Shown here: positions 1 through 14,487 of the stretch, piece by piece
How positions within the stretch are numbered: position 1 is the first letter of the stretch
How the letters are laid out: every line of letters begins with the position of its first letter
Assembly (NCBI GenBank): GCA_040954595.2
Contig: CM082593.2
Location: forward strand, 8,565,200-8,629,199
DNA: 64,000 bases
Direction: 5' to 3'
Origin: Balanoglossus misakiensis
Taxonomy: Eukaryota > Animalia > Hemichordata
Position numbers and translations under genes: made by a program
Notes under the pieces: model-generated
Database searches by the model: none
What the model saw: the letters and a program-made list of their open reading frames with translations, nothing else
What the model was told of the DNA's origin: nothing

Positions 1-3000
1 AAGCTTTCAGCCTACCAATGTAGCTATTATATTTTCACTTTTTGTAAGTGAAGCTGACTGTGTGGTTCTAGGTCCACCACTTCACAAGCGGTCTTACCTG
101 TTGGGCACAAACAGTCCAAGGAAGTAAGCTTTCAGCCTACCAATGTAGCTATTATATTTTCCACTTTTTGTAAGTGAAGCCTGACTGTCGCCTGTCTTAG
201 GTCACCACTTCACAAGCGGTCTTACCGTCATGGGCACAAACAGTCTCAGGAAGTAAGCTTTCAGCCTACCAATGTAGCTATTATATTTTCCACTTTTTGT
301 AAGTGAAGCCTGACTGTCGCCTGTCTTAGGTCACCACTTCACAAGCGGTCTTACCCGTCATGGGCACAAACAGTCTCAGGAAGTAAGCTTTCAGCCTACC
401 AATGTAGCCTATTATATTTTCACTTTTTGTAAGTGAAGCCTGACTGTCGCCTGTCTTAGGTCACCACTTCACAAGCGGTCTTACCCGTCATGGGCACAAA
501 CAGTCTCAGGAAGTAAGCTTTCAGCCTACCAATGTAGCTCTTATATTTTCCACTTTTTGTAAGTGAAGCCTGACTGTCGCCTGTCTTAGGTCACCACTTC
601 ACAAGCGGTCTTACCGTCATGGCACAAAACAGTCTCAGGAAGTAAGCTTTCAGCCTACCAATGTAGCTATTAATATTTTCCTACTTTTGTAAGTGAAGCC
701 TGACTGTCGCCTGTCTTAGGTCACCACTTCGTAAGCGGTCTTACGTCATGGGCACAAACAGTCTCAGGAAGTAAGCTTTCAGCCTACCAATGTAGCTATT
801 ATATTTTCCACTTTTTGTAAGTGAAGCCTGACTGTCGCCTGTCTTAGGTCACCACTTCACAAGCGGTCTTACCCGTCATGGCCCAAACAGTCTCAGGAAG
901 TAAGCTTTCAGCCTACCAATGTAGCTATTATATTTTCCACTTTTTGTAAGTGAAGCCTGACTGTCGCCTGTCTTAGGTCACCACTTCACAAGCGGTCTTA
1001 CCCGTCATGGGCACAACAGTCTCAGGAAGTAAGCTTTCAGCCTACCAATGTAGCTATTATATTTTCCACTTTTTGTAAGTGAAGCCTGACTGTCGCCTGT
1101 CTTAGGTCACCACTTCACAAGCGGTCTTACCCGTCATGGGCCAAACATTCTCAGGAAGTAAGCTTTCAGCCTACAATGTAGCTATTATATTTTCCACTTT
1201 TTGTAAGTGAAGCCTGACTGTCGCCTGTCTTAGGTCACCACTTCACAAGCGGTCTTACCCGTCATGGGCACAAACATTCTCAGGAAGTAAGCTTTCAGCC
1301 TACAATGTAGCTATTATATTTTCCACTTTTTGTAAGTGAAGCCTGACTGTCGCCTGTCTTAGGTCACACTTCACAGCGGTCTTACCCGTCATGGGCACAA
1401 ACAGTCTCAGGAAGTAAGCTTTCAGCCTACCAATTGTAGCTATTATATTTTCCACTTTTGTAAGTGAAGCCTGACTGTCGCCTTCTTAGGTCACCACTTC
1501 ACAAGCGGTCTACCCGTCATGGCAAACAGTCTCAGGAAGTAAGCTTTCAGCCTACCAATGTAGCTATTAATATTTTCCACTTTTTGTAAGTGAAGCCCTA
1601 CTCGCCGTGTCCTGTTTAGTCATTCCAAGGTCACCAAAAGTCTTAGGAAGTAGAGCATCCAAACAGTAGCTAAATATTTTTCCACTCTTTAGTAGTGAAG
1701 CTGACTGTCCCTCTTCTAGGTCACACTTTACCCGTCTTGGCCCATGGGCACAAACGTCTCAGGAAGTAAGCTTTCAGCCTACCAATGTAGCTATTATATT
1801 TTCCACTTTTTGTAAGTGAAGCCTGACTGTCGCCTGTCTTAGGTCACCACTTCACAAGCGGTCTTACCCGTCATGGGCACAAACAGTCTCAGGAAGTAAG
1901 CTTTCAGCCTACCAATGTAGCTATTATATTTTCCACTTTTTGTAAGTGAAGCCTGACTGTCGCCTGTCTTAGGTCACCACTTCACAAGCGGTCTTACCCG
2001 TCATGGGCACAAACAGTCTCAGGAAGTAAGCTTTCAGCCTACCAATGTAGCTATTATATTTTCCACTTTTTGTAAGTGAAGCCTGACTGTCGCCTGTCTT
2101 AGGTCACCACTTCACAAGCGGTCTTACCCGTCATGGGCACAAACAGTCTCAGGAAGTAAGCTTTCAGCCTACCAATGTAGCTATTATATTTTCCACTTTT
2201 TGTAAGTGAAGCCTGACTGTCGCCTGTCTTAGGTCACCACTTCACAAGCGGTCTTACCCGTCATGGGCACAAACAGTCTCAGGAAGTAAGCTTTCAGCCT
2301 ACCAATGTAGCTCTTATATTTTCCACTTTTTGTAAGTGAAGCCTGACTGTCGCCTGTCTTAGGTCACCACTTCACAAGCGGTCTTACCCGTCATGGGCAC
2401 AAACAGTCTCAGGAAGTAAGCTTTCAGCCTACCAATGTAGCTCTTATATTTTCCACTTTTTGTAAGTGAAGCCTGACTGTCGCCTGTCTTAGGTCACCAC
2501 TTCATAAGCGGTCTTACCCGTCATGGGCACAAACAGTCTCAGGAAGTAAGCTTTCAGCCTACCAATGTAGCTATTATATTTTCCACTTTTTGTAAGTGAA
2601 GCCTGACTGTCGCCTGTCTTAGGTCACCACTTCACAAGCGGTCTTACCCGTCATGGGCACAAACAGTCTCAGGAAGTAGCTTCAGCTACAATGTAAGTGA
2701 AGCCTGACTGTCGGCCTGTCTTAGGTAGCGGTCTTACCCGTCATGGGCACAAACAGTCTCAGGAAGTAAGCTTTTCAGCCTACCAATGTAGCTCTTATAT
2801 TTTCCACTTTTTGTAAGTGAAGCCTGACTGTCGCCTGTCTTAGGTCACCACTTCACAAGCGGTCTTACCCGTCATGGGCACAAACAGTCTCAGGAAGTAA
2901 GCTTTCAGCCTACCAATGTAGCTATTATATTTTCCACTTTTTGTAAGTGAAGCCTGACTGTCGCCTGTCTTAGGTCACCACTTCTCGTGGGAGGAGAGCG

Positions 3001-6000
3001 GTCTTACCCGTCATGGGCACAAACAGTCTCAGGAAGTAAGCTTTCAGCCTACCAATGTAGCTATTATATTTTCCACTTTTTGTAAGTGAAGCCTGACTGT
3101 CGCCTGTCTTAGGTCACCACTTCACAAGCGGTCTTACCCGTCATGGGCACAAACAGTCTCAGGAAGTAAGCTTTCAGCCTACCAATGTAGCTATTATATT
3201 TTCCACTTTTTGTAAGTGAAGCCTGACTGTCGCCTGTCTTAGGTCACCACTTCACAAGCGGTCTTACCCGTCATGGGCACAAACAGTCTCAGGAAGTAAG
3301 CTTTCAGCCTACCAATGTAGCTATTATATTTTCCACTTTTTGTAAGTGAAGCCTGACTGTCGCCTGTCTTAGGTCACCACTTCACAAGCGGTCTTACCCG
3401 TCATGGGCACAAACAGTCTCAGGAAGTAAGCTTTCAGCCTACCAATGTAGCTATTATATTTTCCACTTTTTGTAAGTGAAGCCTGACTGTCGCCTGTCTT
3501 AGGTCACCACTTCACAAGCGGTCTTACCCGTCATGGGCACAAACAGTCTCAGGAAGTAAGCTTTCAGCCTACCAATGTAGCTATTATATTTTCCACTTTT
3601 TGTAAGTGAAGCCTGACTGTCGCCTGTCTTAGGTCACCACTTCACAAGCGGTCTTACCCGTCATGGGCACAAACAGTCTCAGGAAGTAAGCTTTCAGCCT
3701 ACCAATGTAGCTATTATATTTTCCACTTTTTGTAAGTGAAGCCTGACTGTCGCCTGTCTTAGGTCACCACTTCACAAGCGGTCTTACCCGTCATGGGCAC
3801 AAACAGTCTCAGGAAGTAAGCTTTCAGCCTACCAATGTAGCTATTATATTTTCCACTTTTTGTAAGTGAAGCCTGACTGTCGCCTGTCTTAGGTCACCAC
3901 TTCACAAGCGGTCTTACCCGTCATGGGCACAAACAGTCTCAGGAAGTAAGCTTTCAGCCTACCAATGTAGCTATTATATTTTCCACTTTTTGTAAGTGAA
4001 GCCTGACTGTCGCCTGTCTTAGGTCACCACTTCACAAGCGGTCTTACCCGTCATGGGCACAAACAGTCTCAGGAAGTAAGCTTTCAGCCTACCAATGTAG
4101 CTATTATATTTTCCACTTTTTGTAAGTGAAGCCTGACTGTCGCCTGTCTTAGGTCACCACTTCACAAGCGGTCTTACCCGTCATGGGCACAAACAGTCTC
4201 AGGAAGTAAGCTTTCAGCCTACCAATGTAGCTATTATATTTTCCACTTTTTGTAAGTGAAGCCTGACTGTCGCCTGTCTTAGGTCACCACTTCACAAGCG
4301 GTCTTACCCGTCATGGGCACAAACAGTCTCAGGAAGTAAGCTTTCAGCCTACCAATGTAGCTATTATATTTTCCACTTTTTGTAAGTGAAGCCTGACTGT
4401 CGCCTGTCTTAGGTCACCACTTCACAAGCGGTCTTACCCGTCATGGGCACAAACAGTCTCAGGAAGTAAGCTTTCAGCCTACCAATGTAGCTATTATATT
4501 TTCCACTTTTTGTAAGTGAAGCCTGACTGTCGCCTGTCTTAGGTCACCACTTCACAAGCGGTCTTACCCGTCATGGGCACAAACAGTCTCAGGAAGTAAG
4601 CTTTCAGCCTACCAATGTAGCTCTTATATTTTCCACTTTTTGTAAGTGAAGCCTGACTGTCGCCTGTCTTAGGTCACCACTTCACAAGCGGTCTTACCCG
4701 TCATGGGCACAAACAGTCTCAGGAAGTAAGCTTTCAGCCTACCAATGTAGCTATTATATTTTCCACTTTTTGTAAGTGAAGCCTGACTGTCGCCTGTCTT
4801 AGGTCACCACTTCACAAGCGGTCTTACCCGTCATGGGCACAAACAGTCTCAGGAAGTAAGCTTTCAGCCTACCAATGTAGCTATTATATTTTCCACTTTT
4901 TGTAAGTGAAGCCTGACTGTCGCCTGTCTTAGGTCACCACTTCACAAGCGGTCTTACCCGTCATGGGCACAAACAGTCTCAGGAAGTAAGCTTTCAGCCT
5001 ACCAATGTAGCTATTATATTTTCCACTTTTTGTAAGTGAAGCCTGACTGTCGCCTGTCTTAGGTCACCACTTCACAAGCGGTCTTACCCGTCATGGGCAC
5101 AAACAGTCTCAGGAAGTAAGCTTTCAGCCTACCAATGTAGCTATTATATTTTCCACTTTTTGTAAGTGAAGCCTGACTGTCGCCTGTCTTAGGTCACCAC
5201 TTCACAAGCGGTCTTACCCGTCATGGGCACAAACAGTCTCAGGAAGTAAGCTTTCAGCCTACCAATGTAGCTATTATATTTTCCACTTTTTGTAAGTGAA
5301 GCCTGACTGTCGCCTGTCTTAGGTCACCACTTCACAAGCGGTCTTACCCGTCATGGGCACAAACAGTCTCAGGAAGTAAGCTTTCAGCCTACCAATGTAG
5401 CTATTATATTTTCCACTTTTTGTAAGTGAAGCCTGACTGTCGCCTGTCTTAGGTCACCACTTCACAAGCGGTCTTACCCGTCATGGGCACAAACAGTCTC
5501 AGGAAGTAAGCTTTCAGCCTACCAATGTAGCTATTATATTTTCCACTTTTTGTAAGTGAAGCCTGACTGTCGCCTGTCTTAGGTCACCACTTCACAAGCG
5601 GTCTTACCCGTCATGGGCACAAACAGTCTCAGGAAGTAAGCTTTCAGCCTACCAATGTAGCTATTATATTTTCCACTTTTTGTAAGTGAAGCCTGACTGT
5701 CGCCTGTCTTAGGTCACCACTTCACAAGCGGTCTTACCCGTCATGGGCACAAACAGTCTCAGGAAGTAAGCTTTCAGCCTACCAATGTAGCTATTATATT
5801 TTCCACTTTTTGTAAGTGAAGCCTGACTGTCGCCTGTCTTAGGTCACCACTTCACAAGCGGTCTTACCCGTCATGGGCACAAACAGTCTCAGGAAGTAAG
5901 CTTTCAGCCTACCAATGTAGCTATTATATTTTCCACTTTTTGTAAGTGAAGCCTGACTGTCGCCTGTCTTAGGTCACCACTTCACAAGCGGTCTTACCCG

Positions 6001-8700
6001 TCATGGGCACAAACAGTCTCAGGAAGTAAGCTTTCAGCCTACCAATGTAGCTATTATATTTTCCACTTTTTGTAAGTGAAGCCTGACTGTCGCCTGTCTT
6101 AGGTCACCACTTCACAAGCGGTCTTACCCGTCATGGGCACAAACAGTCTCAGGAAGTAAGCTTTCAGCCTACCAATGTAGCTCTTATATTTTCCACTTTT
6201 TGTAAGTGAAGCCTGACTGTCGCCTGTCTTAGGTCACCACTTCACAAGCGGTCTTACCCGTCATGGGCACAAACAGTCTCAGGAAGTAAGCTTTCAGCCT
6301 ACCAATGTAGCTCTTATATTTTCCACTTTTTGTAAGTGAAGCCTGACTGTCGCCTGTCTTAGGTCACCACTTCGTAAGCGGTCTTACCCGTCATGGGCAC
6401 AAACAGTCTCAGGAAGTAAGCTTTCAGCCTACCAATGTAGCTATTATATTTTCCACTTTTTGTAAGTGAAGCCTGACTGTCGCCTGTCTTAGGTCACCAC
6501 TTCACAAGCGGTCTTACCCGTCATGGGCACAAACAGTCTCAGGAAGTAAGCTTTCAGCCTACCAATGTAGCTATTATATTTTCCACTTTTTGTAAGTGAA
6601 GCCTGACTGTCGCCTGTCTTAGGTCACCACTTCACAAGCGGTCTTACCCGTCATGGGCACAAACAGTCTCAGGAAGTAAGCTTTCAGCCTACCAATGTAG
6701 CTCTTATATTTTCCACTTTTTGTAAGTGAAGCCTGACTGTCGCCTGTCTTAGGTCACCACTTCACAAGCGGTCTTACCCGTCATGGGCACAAACATTCTC
6801 AGGAAGTAAGCTTTCAGCCTACCAATGTAGCTATTATATTTTCCACTTTTTGTAAGTGAAGCCTGACTGTCGCCTGTCTTAGGTCACCACTTCACAAGCG
6901 GTCTTACCCGTCATGGGCACAAACAGTCTCAGGAAGTAAGCTTTCAGCCTACCAATGTAGCTATTATATTTTCCACTTTTTGTAAGTGAAGCCTGACTGT
7001 CGCCTGTCTTAGGTCACCACTTCACAAGCGGTCTTACCCGTCATGGGCACAAACAGTCTCAGGAAGTAAGCTTTCAGCCTACCAATGTAGCTATTATATT
7101 TTCCACTTTTTGTAAGTGAAGCCTGACTGTCGCCTGTCTTAGGTCACCACTTCACAAGCGGTCTTACCCGTCATGGGCACAAACAGTCTCAGGAAGTAAG
7201 CTTTCAGCCTACCAATGTAGCTATTATATTTTCCACTTTTTGTAAGTGAAGCCTGACTGTCGCCTGTCTTAGGTCACCACTTCACAAGCGGTCTTACCCG
7301 TCATGGGCACAAACAGTCTCAGGAAGTAAGCTTTCAGCCTACCAATGTAGCTATTATATTTTCCACTTTTTGTAAGTGAAGCCTGACTGTCGCCTGTCTT
7401 AGGTCACCACTTCACAAGCGGTCTTACCCGTCATGGGCACAAACAGTCTCAGGAAGTAAGCTTTCAGCCTACCAATGTAGCTATTATATTTTCCACTTTT
7501 TGTAAGTGAAGCCTGACTGTCGCCTGTCTTAGGTCACCACTTCACAAGCGGTCTTACCCGTCATGGGCACAAACAGTCTCAGGAAGTAAGCTTTCAGCCT
7601 ACCAATGTAGCTCTTATATTTTCCACTTTTTGTAAGTGAAGCCTGACTGTCGCCTGTCTTAGGTCACCACTTCACAAGCGGTCTTACCCGTCATGGGCAC
7701 AAACAGTCTCAGGAAGTAAGCTTTCAGCCTACCAATGTAGCTCTTATATTTTCCACTTTTTGTAAGTGAAGCCTGACTGTCGCCTGTCTTAGGTCACCAC
7801 TTCGTAAGCGGTCTTACCCGTCATGGGCACAAACAGTCTCAGGAAGTAAGCTTTCAGCCTACCAATGTAGCTATTATATTTTCCACTTTTTGTAAGTGAA
7901 GCCTGACTGTCGCCTGTCTTAGGTCACCACTTCACAAGCGGTCTTACCCGTCATGGGCACAAACAGTCTCAGGAAGTAAGCTTTCAGCCTACCAATGTAG
8001 CTATTATATTTTCCACTTTTTGTAAGTGAAGCCTGACTGTCGCCTGTCTTAGGTCACCACTTCACAAGCGGTCTTACCCGTCATGGGCACAAACAGTCTC
8101 AGGAAGTAAGCTTTCAGCCTACCAATGTAGCTCTTATATTTTCCACTTTTTGTAAGTGAAGCCTGACTGTCGCCTGTCTTAGGTCACCACTTCACAAGCG
8201 GTCTTACCCGTCATGGGCACAAACAGTCTCAGGAAGTAAGCTTTCAGCCTACCAATGTAGCTCTTATATTTTCCACTTTTTGTAAGTGAAGCCTGACTGT
8301 CGCCTGTCTTAGGTCACCACTTCGTAAGCGGTCTTACCCGTCATGGGCACAAACAGTCTCAGGAAGTAAGCTTTCAGCCTACCAATGTAGCTATTATATT
8401 TTCCACTTTTTGTAAGTGAAGCCTGACTGTCGCCTGTCTTAGGTCACCACTTCACAAGCGGTCTTACCCGTCATGGGCACAAACAGTCTCAGGAAGTAAG
8501 CTTTCAGCCTACCAATGTAGCTATTATATTTTCCACTTTTTGTAAGTGAAGCCTGACTGTCGCCTGTCTTAGGTCACCACTTCACAAGCGGTCTTACCCG
8601 TCATGGGCACAAACAGTCTCAGGAAGTAAGCTTTCAGCCTACCAATGTAGCTATTATATTTTCCACTTTTTGTAAGTGAAGCCTGACTGTCGCCTGTCTT

Positions 8701-9759
8701 CAGGTATGTAGGAGTACTTCAAAGTGCATACTCCGAGTTCAAAGACCGAGTCGGACTTCAAAGTCCGAGTACTCGGACTTGTACACTCCGAGTAGTGGCT
8801 GTACTCGGACTTGTATACACCGAGTTGCACTCGGTGCTCGGACTTGCGTACTCCGAGTTACACACTGCCTATGAAAGACAACGGACGGCAAAAATCCTGT
8901 TTTCATTACTCAAGAAGTCATTTATTGCTTACTACCACGATCGGTGTCCATGATGTCTTATTGCGCCAGTTTTGAATAGGCATGGGCTTTACATCCACAA
9001 CAACATTCTGATTCACACAGTCACTCCTGGGCGTTCACTAAAGCATACCACGTAACTGCACTCATACAACCGTTTTTCAAAATAAAAAAAATATTACGTT
9101 TTATATTTAGACATAAAAACGTAGGGCAAGTATACCGATCACGGAACAATGCGGAAGCGAGTAGTCAGATTCATCGCGCTATCGAGCGCAGTGCGACCTC
9201 GACCATATTTCAACCGATGACGTCAAAGGTCAGGTTATTCAAAAATGACGATTGTCGCATCGCAGTATGGCGCATTTCGTGTTCGTTAGCGTACTTTTCA
9301 CTTAGCTTCTAAAATTGACAAACCAATGAGCTCCTTATAAAATTCAGTGTAAAATCAGACTTGGATATGATCTAGTAGATAGGAAAGGTCAGTATTTAAC
9401 CAAACGGAAATTACGCGGAGCGTGCATTTTGTACATGATACAATACAGCATGTCGAGAGATTGAAAGAAAGTTGAATGTTGCGATACTTTCAAAACCCCT
9501 CGATCGATTTGACTGGAAGCTCAGTATAAAGTATTCCCACATTTTTATCGCAATATCGAATATTATTTGTGCTTTTAAAAGCTGGCTTTTTATTCAACTG
9601 TAACTCGGAGTACGCAAGTCCGAGCACCGAGTGCAACTCGGTGTATACAAGTCCGAGTACAGCCACTACTCGGAGTGTACAAGTCCGAGTACTCGGACTT
9701 TGAAGTCCGACTCGGTCTTTGAACTCGGAGTATGCACTTCGAAGTACCCTTACATACCT
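8701..9759. mobile_element. Non-autonomous DNA transposon (MITE-A), ~160-bp TIRs with internal subrepeats, inserted in the satellite
   Basis: Left arm caggtatgtaggagtacttcaaagtgcatactccgag... (8701-8862) is the reverse complement of the right arm ...ctcggagtatgcacttcgaagtacccttacatacct (9599-9759). Target duplication cctgtctt at 8693-8700 and 9760-9767 (7 bp if the terminal C belongs to the element). No transposase ORF. Confidence 0.93.
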
Positions 9760-9932
9760 CCTGTCTTAGGTCACCACTTCACAAGCGGTCTTACCCGCCA
9801 TGGGCACAAACAGTCTCAGGAAGTAAGCTTTCAGCCTACCAATGTAGCTATTATATTTTCCACTTTTTGTAAGTGAAGCCTGACTGTCGCCTGTCTTAGG
9901 TCACCACTTCACAAGCGGTCTTACCCGTCATG

Positions 9933-11229
9933 CAGGTATATACGGGTGTCTCAAAACACATTGTGCGACAAGAAAGTGCTAGTCGCACTTTGAGGGAAAT
10001 GCTATCTGCGACCACTAGCACTTTGATTCTGCGACCACTAGCACTTTGATTCTGCGACCACTGGTACTTGCATTGTGCGCTGTGATCATTTGCGACCAAC
10101 AAGCTTGAATAAAAACCAGTTTCAAAAAGCACAGTCGTATCGATCGAGGGGTTTTGAAAGTATCGCGACATTCAACTTTCTTTCAAGATGATAACTTGAT
10201 ATGTTGTACTCGTGTCATGTATAAAATACACGATCCACGTAATTTCCGTTTGGTTAAATACTGACCTTTCATTTCTACTAGATCATATCCAAGTCTGATT
10301 TTACACCGACTTTAATAAGAACTCTGGTTTGTCGATTTTTGTAGCTGAGTAAAACTAGCTATTAAACGAGCGCGAAATGCGCATTTGCGATGCGATGACA
10401 ACACAATCGCCATTTTTGAATGACCTGACCTTTGACATCGTAGAATATGGTCAAGGTCGCGCTGCACTCATCAGATGAATCGCTCGATGAATCTGACTAC
10501 TTGCTTCCGTGATCGGTATACTTGCCTTTAGCGGTTTTATGTCTAAATAAAGGTAATATTTTTATGTTGAAAAACGACTGTGTGTATTTCTGTAGCCTGA
10601 GTGCAGTTAAGTGTTGTGCGCGCCCACATGAACCCGTGACCTTTGCGTGTTAAAAATAGGACTTCAAGATGCCGATACGATCGAGTACAGTACTTACGTT
10701 AATAAACTTTTTCCTTTATTCTGTCTATATAAATAATGTTTTATCAACGTTTTCTCATTGCATTGATGTTTTAGTCTGAGAGCAATACGCAGCTAGTTTT
10801 TTCATGTACAGTTGTGGTTGCATGTTTGTACAAACAGTACGGAAAGGCGACGCAACGGCCGGGGCATTTGCTTTGTTAACTCGATCAATGACTGCCGCAC
10901 TTATCAACGTGACGAACTTGGGATCGGCGGGGAAAGCATCGGGCATTGACGTTGCCTTGTCGAATCGTTCACACCTCGTTACTGTCAATGGGGTATTAAT
11001 TGCGCACATAAGTTACACAACCAATAAAAAATCTTGTAGCAGAATGCAAGTGCTAGTGGTCGCAGAATCAAAGTGCTAGTGGTCGCAGAATGCAAGTGCT
11101 AGTGGTCGCAGAATCAAAGTGCTAGTGGTCGCAGAATCAAAGTGCTAGTGGTCGCAGATAGCATTTCCCTCAAAGTGCGACTAGCACTTTCTTGTCGCAC
11201 AATGTGTTTTGAGACACCCATACATAACT
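9933..11229. mobile_element. Non-autonomous DNA transposon (MITE-B) copy 1, 1297 bp, long TIRs built of 23-bp subrepeats
   Basis: Starts caggtatatacgggtgtctcaaaacacattgtgcgac and ends gtcgcacaatgtgttttgagacacccatacataact. TIRs contain tandem gtgctagtggtcgcagaatcaaa units. TSD ccgtcatg on both sides. Confidence 0.93.
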
Positions 11230-14200
11230 CCGTCATGGGCACAAACAGTCTCAGGAAGTAAGCTTTCAGCCTACCAATGTAGCTATTATATTTTCCACTT
11301 TTTGTAAGTGAAGCCTGACTGTCGCCTGTCTTAGGTCACCACTTCACAAGCGGTCTTACCCGTCATGGGCACTAACAGTCTCAGGAAGTAAGCTTTCAGC
11401 CTACCAATGTAGCTATTATATTTTCCACTTTTTGTAAGTGAAGCCTGACTGTCGCCTGTCTTAGGTCACCACTTCACAAGCGGTCTTACCCGTCATGGGC
11501 ACAAACAGTCTCAGGAAGTAAGCTTTCAGCCTACCAATGTAGCTATTATATTTTCCACTTTTTGTAAGTGAAGCCTGACTGTCGCCTGTCTTAGGTCACC
11601 ACTTCACAAGCGGTCTTACCCGTCATGGGCACAAACAGTCTCAGGAAGTAAGCTTTCAGCCTACCAATGTAGCTCTTATATTTTCCACTTTTTGTAAGTG
11701 AAGCCTGACTGTCGCCTGTCTTAGGTCACCACTTCACAAGCGGTCTTACCCGTCATGGGCACAAACAGTCTCAGGAAGTAAGCTTTCAGCCTACCAATGT
11801 AGCTCTTATATTTTCCACTTTTTGTAAGTGAAGCCTGACTGTCGCCTGTCTTAGGTCACCACTTCGTAAGCGGTCTTAACCGTCATGGGCACAAACAGTC
11901 TCAGGAAGTAAGCTTTCAGCCTACCAATGTAGCTATTATATTTTCCACTTTTTGTAAGTGAAGCCTGACTGTCGCCTGTCTTAGGTCACCACTTCACAAG
12001 CGGTCTTACCCGTCATGGGCACAAACAGTCTCAGGAAGTAAGCTTTCAGCCTACCAATGTAGCTATTATATTTTCCACTTTTTGTAAGTGAAGCCTGACT
12101 GTCGCCTGTCTTAGGTCACCACTTCACAAGCGGTCTTACCCGTCATGGGCACAAACAGTCTCAGGAAGTAAGCTTTCAGCCTACCAATGTAGCTCTTATA
12201 TTTTCCACTTTTTGTAAGTGAAGCCTGACTGTCGCCTGTCTTAGGTCACCACTTCACAAGCGGTCTTACCCGTCATGGGCACAAACAGTCTCAGGAAGTA
12301 AGCTTTCAGCCTACCAATGTAGCTCTTATATTTTCCACTTTTTGTAAGTGAAGCCTGACTGTCGCCTGTCTTAGGTCACCACTTCGTAAGCGGTCTTACC
12401 CGTCATGGGCACAAACAGTCTCAGGAAGTAAGCTTTCAGCCTACCAATGTAGCTCTTATATTTTCCACTTTTTGTAAGTGAAGCCTGACTGTCGCCTGTC
12501 TTAGGTCACCACTTCACAAGCGGTCTTACCCGTCATGGGCACAAACAGTCTCAGGAAGTAAGCTTTCAGCCTACCAATGTAGCTATTATATTTTCCACTT
12601 TTTGTAAGTGAAGCCTGACTGTCGCCTGTCTTAGGTCACCACTTCACAAGCGGTCTTACCCGTCATGGGCACAAACAGTCTCAGGAAGTAAGCTTTCAGC
12701 CTACCAATGTAGCTATTATATTTTCCACTTTTTGTAAGTGAAGCCTGACTGTCGCCTGTCTTAGGTCACCACTTCACAAGCGGTCTTACCCGTCATGGGC
12801 ACAAACAGTCTCAGGAAGTAAGCTTTCAGCCTACCAATGTAGCTATTATATTTTCCACTTTTTGTAAGTGAAGCCTGACTGTCGCCTGTCTTAGGTCACC
12901 ACTTCACAAGCGGTCTTACCCGTCATGGGCACAAACAGTCTCAGGAAGTAAGCTTTCAGCCTACCAATGTAGCTCTTATATTTTCCACTTTTTGTAAGTG
13001 AAGCCTGACTGTCGCCTGTCTTAGGTCACCACTTCGTAAGCGGTCTTACCCGTCATGGGCACAAACAGTCTCAGGAAGTAAGCTTTCAGCCTACCAATGT
13101 AGCTCTTATATTTTCCACTTTTTGTAAGTGAAGCCTGACTGTCGCCTGTCTTAGGTCACCACTTCACAAGCGGTCTTACCCGTCATGGGCACAAACAGTC
13201 TCAGGAAGTAAGCTTTCAGCCTACCAATGTAGCTCTTATATTTTCCACTTTTTGTAAGTGAAGCCTGACTGTCGCCTGTCTTAGGTCACCACTTCGTAAG
13301 CGGTCTTACCCGTCATGGGCACAAACAGTCTCAGGAAGTAAGCTTTCAGCCTACCAATGTAGCTCTTATATTTTCCACTTTTTGTAAGTGAAGCCTGACT
13401 GTCGCCTGTCTTAGGTCACCACTTCACAAGCGGTCTTACCCGTCATGGGCACAAACAGTCTCAGGAAGTAAGCTTTCAGCCTACCAATGTAGCTATTATA
13501 TTTTCCACTTTTTGTAAGTGAAGCCTGACTGTCGCCTGTCTTAGGTCACCACTTCACAAGCGGTCTTACCCGTCATGGGCACAAACAGTCTCAGGAAGTA
13601 AGCTTTCAGCCTACCAATGTAGCTATTATATTTTCCACTTTTTGTAAGTGAAGCCTGACTGTCGCCTGTCTTAGGTCACCACTTCACAAGCGGTCTTACC
13701 CGTCATGGGCACAAACAGTCTCAGGAAGTAAGCTTTCAGCCTACCAATGTAGCTATTATATTTTCCACTTTTTGTAAGTGAAGCCTGACTGTCGCCTGTC
13801 TTAGGTCACCACTTCACAAGCGGTCTTACCCGTCATGGGCACAAACAGTCTCAGGAAGTAAGCTTTCAGCCTACCAATGTAGCTCTTATATTTTCCACTT
13901 TTTGTAAGTGAAGCCTGACTGTCGCCTGTCTTAGGTCACCACTTCGTAAGCGGTCTTACCCGTCATGGGCACAAACAGTCTCAGGAAGTAAGCTTTCAGC
14001 CTACCAATGTAGCTATTATATTTTCCACTTTTTGTAAGTGAAGCCTGACTGTCGCCTGTCTTAGGTCACCACTTCACAAGCGGTCTTACCCGTCATGGGC
14101 ACAAACAGTCTCAGGAAGTAAGCTTTCAGCCTACCAATGTAGCTATTATATTTTCCACTTTTTGTAAGTGAAGCCTGACTGTCGCCTGTCTTAGGTCACC

Positions 14201-14487
14201 ACTTCACAAGCGGTCTTACCCGTCATGGGCACAAACAGTCTCAGGAAGTAAGCTTTCAGCCTACCAATGTAGCTATTATATTTTCCACTTTTTGTAAGTG
14301 AAGCCTGACTGTCGCCTGTCTTAGGTCACCACTTCACAAGCGGTCTTACCCGTCATGGGCACAAACAGTCTCAGGAAGTAAGCTTTCAGCCTACCAATGT
14401 AGCTATTATATTTTCCACTTTTTGTAAGTGAAGCCTGACTGTCGCCTGTCTTAGGTCACCACTTCACAAGCGGTCTTACCCGTCATG

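Noticed and set aside
1-1760. Apparently diverged satellite subfamily, including the scrambled monomers at ~1600-1750
   Set aside because: The differences are mostly scattered single-base and homopolymer indels, typical of low-coverage long-read consensus. The oddities at ~2680-2730 and ~2985-2997 are treated the same way.
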